Shown here piece by piece: positions 53,216 to 64,000 of a DNA stretch of 64,000 bases. How positions within the stretch are numbered: the first letter of the stretch is position 1; each line of letters begins with the position of its first letter. The notes under the pieces are model-generated. The model was not told the origin of the DNA. It saw only the letters and a program-made list of their open reading frames with translations, and did no database searches. A program made the position numbers and the translations under genes. The DNA is from Octopus sinensis (taxonomy: Eukaryota): contig NC_042997.1 in NCBI RefSeq assembly GCF_006345805.1, forward strand, positions 160,828,001 through 160,892,000, given 5' to 3'.

Positions 53216-53258
53216 AATCTAATTATTGCCTTGGAATTTTTATCACATTCTGCCAATT

Positions 53259-53327
<69 letters not shown>

Positions 53328-53334
53328 ATATATG

Positions 53335-53367
<33 letters not shown>

Positions 53368-53374
53368 ACATATT

Positions 53375-53408
<34 letters not shown>

Positions 53409-53433
53409 CGTGTGCGTATGTGTATATATATAT

Positions 53434-53633
53434 ATATTGTTGTATTTAGGAATGGTCATTTTGCCAGTTTAGTCAATAAAAACACACGTACTATATATTT
53501 GGTGTTACTTTGCTCCAGCGTTATTTATTTTTACATTAATCTTAATCTTATCTTGGCCAGAGATCTTCCGTCACACTTCTGTGACCTCATCAGTGGTCCT
53601 TTGCAAAATGACCATTTCTAAATACAACAATAT
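53434..53633. mobile_element. 200-bp element with 31-bp inverted termini and an internal hammerhead motif (53555-53598, -)
   Basis: atattgttgtatttaggaatggtcattttgc and its reverse complement (1 mismatch); minus strand CCA-CTGATGA-G-GTCAC AGAAGT GTGAC-GGAA-GATC-TC-TGG. Confidence 0.75.
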
Positions 53634-53818
53634 CTGTTTCAACACACGATTTCATATCAAAAATATTGCAAAACAATTATATAAATGTATATATATATAT
53701 ATATATAAAAATTTATATATGAGGATAATATCGATATTTAAGTGTCGAAATTATCAAGTGGCCAGCATGAAAGAAATACCTTACAAAGGTAAAAAAATTT
53801 TTAACAATTAAAAATGAG

Positions 53819-54475
53819 GGTGTCTAAAAGACACCAACATGCCGAAATAGCAGTCGAAATTCTGACTATAAAACCACGTTAAATGTTCATATCGCACCAT
53901 GAGGTAAAGCGGAGGGACAAAACATACAAGCAAAAATTATTGAATAATTCCAGATCCAAGGATTTCTGGTTCTGCTTTAAATAAGCTTTACCGTCATCAA
54001 TTGAATATATCAAGGGTACATAAATACAGATATATATATGCACAGCAAACGATATACTTACATATACGAGCGACGCACATACATACATATGCACGTATGG
54101 ACACAGGTCGAAGTTTTTATATTCACTGCGGTGCTTATTTTAACCATATCGTTATTATGCGGTGATTTGGCGGGCAATTCAAACTGGCTGTGTCCATACG
54201 TGCATATGTATGTATGTGCGTCGCTCGTATATGTAAGTATATCGTTTGCTGTGCATATATATATCTGTATTTATGTACCCTTGATATATTCAATTGCTGA
54301 CAGTAAAGCTTATTTAAAGCAGAATTAGAAATCCTTGGATCTTGAATTATTCAATAATTTTTGCTTGTATGTTTTGTCCCTCCGCTTTACCTCATGGTGC
54401 GATATGAACATTTAACGTGGTTTTATAGTCAGAATTTCGACTGCTATTTCGGCATGTTGGTGTCTTTTAGACACC
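53819..54475. repeat. Fold-back element: 288-bp inverted arms (53819-54106 / 54188-54475), 81-nt spacer
   Basis: Arms are reverse complements with about five substitutions; (TA)n tracts nearby on both sides. Confidence 0.92.
53948..54005 (-). ncRNA. Hammerhead-like motif, U3 core variant (mirror copy at 54289-54346, +)
   Basis: TTCAA-TTGATGA-..-GAAA-TCCTTGGA-TC-TGGAA; mirror has a perfect stem I but core TTGCTGA. Confidence 0.5.
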
Positions 54476-54517
54476 ATCATTTTAATTATATATATATATA
54501 TATATTATATATATATA

Positions 54518-55799
54518 ATTCAAAAAGCAATAAAGATTCAAGTTAATTTAAATGAATTTACTTGAATATGGTACCTAACTTAGATGCACCAAAAAAAAAC
54601 TATACTGTTTTAACAATACAGTAATGTGGGGTGATTATAAGCGAGAAAGAAGCAACAAGAATGGATAGGTTTTTAGTACAATCGTTTCATACAAGGACAG
54701 GCTTTATTAAAAGTTGCAAAAATTACAGCATATAAACGTGTCCCGTACTCATCAGCTAAAATACATGTGAGTTCTCTAGACATCCTAGTGGTTGAGGCTA
54801 TACTCATGAAGTGATGTAGATAATTAAGTAACATAAACAGATTTCCAAAGTTCATTAAAGTTCTTTAAAGATGATGTACAGTCTTATCACAGAATTTTAA
54901 AAAAGTTTTAATAGCATCACAGAGAAGGTGACCTAATCCATAGTGCACATATGAATTTCCAGAGATATGAGGAGGGATTACATACTCACAGACGACAAAT
55001 TTATCCATTGTTAATCACAACGAGGTGGGTCTCAATTCCTGCTTATTAGCATTACAGAGAGGGTGAATTAATCCTTTGTATAGATGCACAATTTCCAATG
55101 GTGTAGATGTAAATTTCCAGAGAAATGAAGAGGAATTTCATATTCACAGGCGATAAATTTATCAATAGTTGAACACAATGAGGTAGGTATCAATTCTTGT
55201 TATATGATTAGGTATTTGCCACATTAATCACATTACTGCTATTTACAAGAGGCTGTAGCTATTTAACTTTTAAAGGCTGAAGGGCTTTCTAGAGAGGCAA
55301 AGAACAGAAAAAGGGGAAGGGAAGAGAAGAAAATAGAGAAAATAAAGGAGGAGGGAGCAAAAAGGGGGGAGGGGGACTAAAAGAGAAGAGAAAAGGAAAA
55401 AGAGAATAAGAAGAAGAAAAAGAAAAAAGAGAAAAGAGAAAGAAATAGGGAAAGAAGGGAAAAAAAGAAAAAGAAAAAAAGAGGGTTCTAGTTATACAGA
55501 AGAATTAGTAGACGGCAAGTCTGGTTTTAATTTACAGGCATCTAGGAACTAGAGGAGAATATTATTCTTTGACCAGTAAAACAGCTAATTTATTGCTGTT
55601 GAAATCAGCTATGAATTTAAAGAGACTCTAAAGAGGTAACACGGTCAGGGGTTTAGGGGTCAGAGGCTAAAATCAAAAGAAAATACATTAGGAAAATCTA
55701 AGTATAATCTTATCAAAAAGTCATTAAAATTTATTTATTTAATTTATTCATTTTATTGTCTTAAGGAGTTGCCGTTATTATTCATACATTGACGGACTA
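54518..55799 (-). repeat. 3' pseudo-LTR
   Basis: Matches 59132-60414 apart from homopolymer-length and few single-base differences. Confidence 0.95.
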
Positions 55800-56210
55800 C
55801 AGGTCAAATCTTAGAAGATCATTTACAAGGTGTTAGGGAATTGTCTATCATAATGAAGATAATCCTATTATCACCGAGGGAGTAGCCTTATTTATTTAAT
55901 TTTGAAATAGAATTATGGGGCTTTAGTAACTCATTTTATTTTATTAAAGTTATGCTACTTAAATTAGATTAAGTTAAGAATTAAAATTAAAAATTACAAT
56001 TAAGATTTAAAATTATGAGTTTGAAATTAAATAAAGCCTCAATTAAGCAGTGTATAAGTACTATTCATTTCCCTGTTCTCAAAAAACTGATGCAGATATA
56101 AGGAAAAAGATAACTGTAGTGTGAGAACTCTTAGTTATCTACTTAAAGCAGTGCTATACTAGTAAAAATCAAGTTATATCTATCTATCTATCTAGTTACG
56201 AATATTCTAA

Positions 56211-59155
56211 TCATTTTAAATATTTTAAAGTCTTCAATTTAGCGTGGACACAAACTTGACCTCGTTCAATATGGTTATTCAATAAGTTTCTATGTTTTCT
56301 ATGCTTTAGAATTTCATACGTCTCCATGGAGCATAGTTGGCAACCAACCCTACTATTTCTATACGGGATTGCTCTCCTAACTATTTCCCAATTAAGGTTA
56401 TAATTATTATTATTATTTTTGAGTTCCCAGATTTTGTTTGAAAGTGTGGTGGTACCAGCTTTATGACGTAATTTAAAAGACGAGATGTGATTTCTAACTC
56501 TGGCTAGAAAATTAATTGTACATCCAATGTAAAAATATTTGTTATTCTCCGTGGATATGGTACATTTATAGATTACATTATTTTCCCCGCATAGACCAGG
56601 TGCCGGGCATTTTGATTTTATTCTACACCTACACACAGGAGGAACAACTTCAGGTTTTGGATTATTCTTGGGTAGATGTCTTAGGTTCCTATTATTTTGA
56701 TTATCATGAGTATAATTGTCCTTATTGTTATTAATATTTCTATAGTTGGTGCTGATCTCTAAAGTATTGCTATTATTTATTGATCCTTCTGTTTCATCAT
56801 TTAGGTCTAAAGTCCTACCATGATTTCTTATATTATTGGTAATGTTACTATTATTGTTAGTCTTTTTATCCGACTGCATATTGTTGTTATAGATATCACT
56901 GATATTTTCCTTCTCCTTATTTTCTCCATTAGCCTTATTTCTATTATTTCTATTATTAACATTATTACTTCTATTAATATCGGCATTGTTATTATTACTA
57001 TTAATGTTAATGTTATTAGTCATTCTGTGGTTACTAATTTCACCTATGTTTTGATAGTTACTGTTGCTGTTTTTATTGTTGGTAGTATTATTATAATTGC
57101 TATTGGTATTCATGCTGATATTATTATTTTTATTTCTATCTTTCCTGGCTAGTTTAATGTTGTTATTATTAATCTTAGCTATTAAAGTGGACATATTTGG
57201 GAGGGTTGAATAAGAAATCCTAACTGTTTTCCTAGAAATAATTCTATGATATCTATGAGAGATAGGGAAATTTTTTTCCAGAATTACTTTGAATTTGTTC
57301 TGTATATCCGATTGTATCGCACAGTTGAAAGGAATATTCAGCCATAATATATCTTTTTTATTAAATTTAGGGTTCGTAGAATTATTACTATTCATCTCAC
57401 CGGAGTTATTGTATTTATTACCATTATTTTTATTTTTATTTGTGTGCATCTTAGGTTTATCTACTTCGATATTATCCGAGTTACTATGTTCTGGTCAATG
57501 CTTCTATTTGAATTGTTGGGCCTGTACGTAGATTAGCGTTTACCGTTAATTTAATTCTACTTTTATTTCGGGCTTGGTCTGTATTGCTGCTTACGTGATT
57601 ACTGATAACTTCTTTATTAGGAATACGTGAGTTCTCCTTATCAACGAATGTAATCTTTTGGTTGTATCCAACCTTAGTTAACGCCGCATTATAATGCTCA
57701 GAATGGGAGTTAAATATATCCTTATTGGATGATAATTTTGAAATTCTTAATGAAATATTTCTTACTAAAGATTCAATTATATTTGGGGGATGATTTGATA
57801 ATTTATTTACGTAATTCGTGATTTCGCCTTCCTTTCTAAATGGGTAATGCAGCTTGGAGTTAAGGTCTAGCGTAATATCTAGGAAGTTAACTATTTTAGT
57901 GCCCGGTTCATACGTTATACTGAGGTTGAAATCCTTAAAGAACTTATTAATTTTCTTTCTAATCCTTTCTATAACAGATTTATTATTACTAGGGATAACA
58001 AACAGAGCATCATCCCCATATAGCCCCCCCCTGTATTTCTGGGATATCCTTGCTTATGCATTTTAATAGATATGCGCCTACTAGGTTGGTTACCTCAGCC
58101 GAATCACTGGAACCCATTGGTATATCAAAATAATTAGGTGTATCTGCTCTAGTCCATAATTTATCTTCAAATTCTATAAATGTCTTCCTAGCTAGTAGCA
58201 CAATATTGATTTCTTCTCTAGATATGAGGGAGCGATTCATGGCAAATATTAGTGATTTGTTGAGTAAGATAGGGGAAATACTAGAGTAATAACTATTAAT
58301 ATCGAACTGAATAAAGGACAGACTACTAGTATTAGTTAGAGAGTTAAACCATTTTAGAACTTCTCCGTACTTAGCCATAGGTTTAAGGGGAGAAGAGGGG
58401 TTATTTGGGGTAGAACAGTATCCAGGATAGATGTACTAAGTCGGCCAATGTCCGACTTAGTTGGACAGATCAGCCTTACCGAAGGGTTTTCCAGGAAATT
58501 CTTTTTGTGGTCTTTAAGGTTGATCCTGGGCTCACACGGTTTAAGTGGCTCTGTTCTATCCGTTAATTTAGTTTCTCCATGATCTCTTTCATTTCCAGGT
58601 TTACTTTTTTCAAATTGTTCTTAGTCGTAATTTTATATTTGGAGTTTAGTTCCTTCCTAATTAATTTGCTATAAATATCGTAATCAACTCTATACATATT
58701 ACTCGTTTTATCTGCTGGTACTAGGATTCCATGTTTGCACCGGGTTGACTGAATAAAGTTCCTAAGGTGTCTAAGGTGAGGGTTATATCTTAACGGGTGT
58801 TCCTTGAAGCTATATCATCTATAAGATTCAGCAAGTCTTTCTCAAAGTTCTCCAGGAATGGGTTCTGAGGTGGACTTTTTCTACTTTTAAAAATTCTTCT
58901 AAAATTCTTTTCGGTATTCTTTTCCTGTGGTTTCTTCTTCTGTTTGACATCAAAATGGTACGTTTTCCACCTGATTCTTCTAATGAAATCGTTAATCCTA
59001 TGAATGAGAAGCCAATTATATTCATCTATACTATGTAAGGGGATGTCTTTAGGGGAGAACTCAATGTTTACTTTTTCCATTCTTGTTGAGAAATTAAGTA
59101 CCATAAAAACATACAGACTGTATGGGAATATATTCAAAAAGCAATAAAGATTCAA
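56211..59155 (-). pseudogene. PLE polyprotein (RT + CxC linker + GIY-YIG), split by frameshifts
   Basis: RRIRWK N-terminus; FIQFDINSYYSSI; FDIPMGSSDSAEV; LYGDD (G-homopolymer frameshift near 58025); CRCRIKSKCPAPGLC; VIY..YIG..R..H; CQLC..CVH. Confidence 0.9.
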
Positions 59156-60414
59156 GTTAATTTAAATGAATTTACTTGAATATGGTACCTAACTTAGATG
59201 CACCAAAAAAAAACTATACTGTTTTAACAATACAGTAATGTGGGGTGATTATAAGCGAGAAAGAAGCAACAAGAATGGATAGGTTTTTAGTACAATCGTT
59301 TCATACAAGGACAGGCTTTATTAAAAGTTGCAAAAATTACAGCATATAAACGTGTCCCGTACTCATCAGCTAAAATACATGTGAGTTCTCTAGACATCCT
59401 AGTGGTTGAGGCTATACTCATGAAGTGATGTAGATAATTAAGTAACATAAACAGATTTCCAAAGTTCATTAAAGTTCTTTAAAGATGATGTACAGTCTTA
59501 TCACAGAATTTTAAAAAAGTTTTAATAGCATCACAGAGAAGGTGACCTAATCCATAGTGCACATATGAATTTCCAGAGATATGAGGAGGGATTACATACT
59601 CACAGACGACAAATTTATCCATTGTTAATCACAACGAGGTGGGTCTCAATTCCTGCTTATTAGCATTACAGAGAGGGTGAATTAATCCTTTGTATAGATG
59701 CACAATTTCCAATGGTGTAGATGTAAATTTCCAGAGAAATGAAGAGGAATTTCATATTCACAGGCGATAAATTTATCAATAGTTGAACACAATGAGGTAG
59801 GTATCAATTCTTGTTATATGATTAGGTATTTGCCACATTAATCACATTACTGCTATTTACAAGAGGCTGTAGCTATTTAACTTTTAAAGGCTGAAGGGCT
59901 TTCTAGAGAGGCAAAGAACAGAAAAAGGGGAAGGGAAGAGAAGAAAATAGAGAAAATAAAGGAGGAGGGAGCAAAGGGGGGGGGGAGGGGGACTAAAAGA
60001 GAAGAGAAAAGGAAAAAAAGAGAATAAGAAGAAGAAAAAGAAAAAGAGAAAGAGAAAGAAATAGGGAAAGAAGGGAAAAAAAGAAAAAGAAAAAAAGAGG
60101 GTTCTAGTTATACAGAAGAATTAGTAGACGGCAAGTCTGGTTTTAATTTACAGGCATCTAGGAACTAGAGGAGAATATTATACTTTGACCAGTAAAACAG
60201 CTAATTTATTGCTGTTGAAATCAGCTATGAATTTAAAGAGACTCTAAAGAGGTAACACGGTCAGGGTTTAGGGGTCAGAGGCTAAAATCAAAAGAAAATA
60301 CATTAGGAAAATCTAAGTATAATCTTATCAAAAAGTCATTAAAATTTATTTATTTAATTTATTCATTTTATTGTCTTAAGGAGTTGCCGTTATTATTCAT
60401 ACATTGACGGACTA
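59132..60414 (-). repeat. 5' pseudo-LTR
   Basis: See 54518-55799. Confidence 0.95.
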
Positions 60415-60539
60415 TATATATATATAATAGAAATATTAAAATTACTAAGTCTCTATAAAAGAGATTACGGCAGCGTTTATTGGAAATTAATTGTTATCGC
60501 CATATTAATATGGCATTCTTATAGATATAAGAATAATCG

Positions 60540-61612
60540 CTGCCATGGTCAGCTCCATGAGGCCACCGCCATCAAGATAGCTATTGATACACGATAAAGT
60601 TTGGCATCCTCTTGGCTTTTGAACCACTTCTCATGCAGGAAGTTGTCGAGATGCTTGAAAATGTGGTAGTCGGTAGGCGAGAGGTATGGTGAGTAGCCCA
60701 ATTCGTTCAACTTCTGGAGGGTCAGTTGCGCGACGTTTGCCGAGCGTTGTCGTGGAGAAGAATTGGTCCTTTTCTATTGACCAATGCTGGCTGTTGTTGT
60801 CGAAGTTTCTTATGCATTTCATTCATTTGCTGACTACTTCTCCGCCGTAATGGTTTCGCCTGGATCCAAAATGCTGTGATGGATGAAACCGGCCGCAGAC
60901 CTCCAAACAATCACCATGACTTTTTTTTGTGCAACTTTGGCTTCGAGAAGTGTCGTCGAACTTAGTCGGCGTCCAACCACTGAGCTGAGCGTCGCCGGTT
61001 GTCGTAAAGAATCCACTTTTCATCGCAAGTCACAATACGGTCGAGAAGCGGGTCGTTCTTCATGTGTAAAAGAAGGGAAGATGACACTTCAAAACGGCGT
61101 TTTTTAAATTTTGTCATTCAATTCGTGCGGCACCCATTTTTCAAGTATTGTTTGTATTTCCAATCTCTTTCAAGTTTTTGGAAATTGTCGTGTACGTTAC
61201 GTCTAATTCAGAAGCAAGCTCTCAAACAGTTGTGCGTGGATTGGCTTCGACTAAGGCTCTTAGTTGATCGTTGTCAACATCCGATGGCCGACCACTACGC
61301 TGTTCGTTCGTTAGTGTTTCCTGGGCCAAACGTATCGTTGATATCGCGAACTGTTTCAGCAGCTTTTCGGCTTAGCTTGAACTGGAATAATAAAATTGTG
61401 CGAATTTGCTTTTTGTCCATGTTCTAATCAACGTTCCGGCAAAAATGGCCTAATTATTCAAAAAGAAAAAGAGCAACACGATTAGATAGAGCGACAAACG
61501 GGCTTTTAAATGATATATAAAGTCAATGTAATTTAACGAAAATTAATTTGAAAATACATAATTTAAAACCCAAATTAAAAATTCCGCAAGAACTTTCTTG
61601 ACAACTTAATAT
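60540..61612 (-). mobile_element. Decayed mariner (Hsmar1/SETMAR-like transposase)
   Basis: DEKWILYDN, KKVMVIVW, LLHDNAR, PYLSPTDYHIF; only the right-hand TIR-like end is recognisable. Confidence 0.8.
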
Positions 61613-61939
61613 AATCTCTTCTGACGGTAATGTAAAAGAAGGCTGCTAGCAACCCCCTCTTAGGACCTTTATTTGTGACTTGACTGGAACAACAACACCA
61701 GTGATGCATAATTTGAGAACTTTATGATTTGGATTTGTATATGTTCCAAACCACTCAAGATCAGATATGTGAAAAAAGGCTCAGTTAGAATTATGTTCGC
61801 TCAGTGGATGGCATATATATACCATCCATCATTTTGGAACCAGTGAATAGCTCCGGAAAATTATTTTACAGAGGCCTGAAGGACACAGCAACCATCTATG
61901 TAACTATTTGGAAGTTTGGCTGTCCACAATCATGACTTG

Positions 61940-62180
61940 GAAAGTTAAAGGGCTGGTTTTAACGACATAGCGTCTTCCAGCGGATGTTTGGTGGCTCTCG
62001 GTATAATAAAATCCCAATATCTATGGCAGAGCGCTTTGAGAAGAAATTATTGCACTCCTTCAAAAAAGGCTGCGACTTCCACGGTACATGAGCTAGTCGC
62101 CCTGTATGGAATGAATAACAAGTTGAAGCTACCCATTACTAAAGTAAGAGAAGAATTTGTCCTGACTTGTACAATATTAT
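61940..62180 (+). mobile_element. Possible RLE-type (NeSL/Hero-like) LINE remnant
   Basis: ALYGMNNKLKLPITKVREEF motif. Confidence 0.4.
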
Positions 62181-62589
62181 GATTCCCAACAGAGACGCAA
62201 ATCTTTAAACTTAAGAGATTTTATGTAGTTAATCGTGTTCATCTTACAACTTGCCTGGCACTTTATTTTACCAGCCACAAACGATGAAATATAAAGTCGA
62301 ACACCGCCCGATTTAAACTCATTACATCGAGAGCTGTAACTAAATATCAGAAGGGCATTCTGTCCGTCACTCACGTTTTTTGTTTTTGTGGGGGTGGGGA
62401 TGCTCCTTTTTAACAATGAATGAAATATAGGACTGTTTCTGATTACATGAATAAATGATTTAATATATAAACAAAAAATAAATGAAATTTTTATGTCATG
62501 TAAAGATGAATTGGTCAAGTGAATTAAGGAGCAGACTGTTATTTAGGCCAGATCACACTCCAGACATTCCACTATGTCCTGGACGAAAA

Positions 62590-62777
62590 TACTCCGACTC
62601 TTGCATTGAGTTAGATTGCCGTTACGTTCTGGGTTCAAATTCCGCCGAGGTCGACTTTGCCTTTCATCCTTTCGGGGTCGATAAATTAAGTACCAGTTAC
62701 GCATTGGGGTCGATGATGTAATCGACTTAATCCGTTTGTCCCCTCTGTGTTTAGCTCCTTGTGGGTAGTAAAGAAAT
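62590..62777 (+). mobile_element. tRNA-derived SINE
   Basis: gggttcaaattccgccgaggtcgactttgcctttcatcctttcggggtcgataaattaagtaccag. Confidence 0.75.
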
Positions 62778-62921
62778 ATATTGTTTAAGCGCACGTCACA
62801 CAGAATTATGCTCAAAGACTATTCCACTGTTTTAGGATGGTAGGGTAATACTAGAGTGAAATTTGACTGCTTCTTGGAGTAGATCTTGAAACGAGCTAAT
62901 GGCTTTTTCAGTTATGGTCAC

Positions 62922-63147
62922 CTAAGCAACGCAGTACGAGTAACATATCAATACTTTCAACTTGCAAAGCACGTTAAACTACAGATGGTAGAAGGGAAAT
63001 AATTCCTGGTGAATGTGTATTAGCGCGTACTAAATCCGGAATTCTCTCCCTTGCACCATCTATACTTTATCGTGCTTAAGATATTGGTTTGCAAGTTGAA
63101 AGCATTGATATGTTGCTTATCCCATATATTCGCACTGCGTTGCTTAG
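62922..63147. repeat. Imperfect fold-back (MITE-like) hairpin
   Basis: Arms 62922-63006 / 63038-63147 with two indels. Confidence 0.75.
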
Positions 63148-63719
63148 ATGAACAAGGTACATAACTCTCATTTTATAACTAATTAATTTTTTACTTGTAA
63201 TTTTGAACAAGGCGAGAAGATTTCCCTGATATTTCGTTTTCACTCTGGAAACAAATTAAAAATACTAGGTATTTTTACGAGTTTTACGACAGACTTAACC
63301 TCCAGGCTGTACGAAGAATGTCGTTACCTCTGTTTTATCTATTCACCATATCTAAAGTAGAGCCATAGAAAGAGATTATATCAGGTAGTTTGACCTGCTA
63401 GAAGTAGCAGTGAAATGTCTCTCAAATCCTATGGTATGGAATTCTAAAATAAAAATTAGAATGATAATATTTTCCGACAGCGCAGTCTGAAATTAACTAT
63501 CTCTGAAAAGACAAGATGGGCATGGCTATACAACTTGATAGTCAATTGTTCTTTAATTGTTTTCAACCTTATCTATATTGTGTACCACTGTCCGAAATGA
63601 GCCAGGACTCAGAAAAGATGGTAATTTTTGATTGAGCAAGATTTGAACTGTAGGCAGTTCACATCTAACATATAAACATTTATTGTTTACTCTTTGGTAG
63701 CAGAACTTGATCCTTCATA

Positions 63720-64000
63720 AAGTACCATCAACTGACACATCCGTAAGCTCGGCTTTTTGAACAGACGATGTGGAAAAGTTCCTCATGAACTGACCAATGA
63801 TCAGACACAAATGGGTGTGGACATTTGCAAAACACTGCTGGGAAATCTTCGGGAATCTAGTTTTTTAACATCGAATTATAACTGGGGATGAAAAGTGGAT
63901 CTATTTTCGTAACCATAAGAAGAGAAATCAGCAGTTTCGTTTCGAACAAGCTTCAGAACTTGTTGTCAAACAAGGGCGGCTTGAACGGAAGGTAATGTGT
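63720..64000 (+). mobile_element. Mariner transposase remnant running off the window
   Basis: PHELT..IITGDEKWIYFRN. Confidence 0.7.

Larger units (their letters stand above)
54518..60414 (-). mobile_element. Near full-length Penelope-like retroelement with two direct pseudo-LTRs
   Basis: Near-identical ~1.28 kb direct repeats 54518-55799 and 59132-60414; RT + C-terminal GIY-YIG between them; (TA)n at both ends. Confidence 0.95.

Noticed and set aside
54730-54775. CTGATGA on the minus strand of the large PLE LTR (also ~59345-59390)
   Set aside because: It is followed by GTTT instead of GAAA and has no stem III, so it is not a hammerhead as it stands.
59118-59150. Possible splice acceptor (pyrimidines + CAG) just before the PLE ORF
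   Set aside because: No donor was identified and such signals are common in AT-rich DNA; it needs transcript data.
1-64000. CRISPR arrays, rRNA, true tRNA genes or prokaryotic operons
   Set aside because: None seen; the tRNA-like boxes belong to SINE heads.

Overview
Repeat-dense animal genomic DNA, with one 100-N scaffold gap. The microsatellite load and the SINE, Penelope and R4 families resemble octopus/cephalopod DNA; this is recalled from memory, not searched. The only host gene is a 4-exon + strand gene (33499-48396; exons join in phase to 261 aa) encoding a hydrophobic leader, a PAN/Apple domain and a C-type lectin domain. Upstream lies a pseudogenised tandem paralog of its first two exons (17413-20253), with a pogo transposon inserted 11 nt before the exon-2 acceptor. 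The rest is mobile DNA: a ~9 kb array of R4/Dong-type LINEs joined by (TAA)n, L1/Tx1, Gypsy, mariner, pogo and maT relics, tRNA-type SINEs, and many Penelope-like elements (PLEs), including a near-intact 5.9 kb copy with two 1.28 kb pseudo-LTRs. The most striking pattern is a recurring class of short non-coding fold-back (palindromic) PLE-LTR derivatives lying in or beside (TA)n tracts. They carry type I hammerhead ribozyme motifs with palindromic stem III, often one per strand, from several sequence-unrelated families. One such motif is on the sense strand of the lectin gene's intron 3. All folds and alignments were done by eye and no searches were run. Decayed-element boundaries are approximate.
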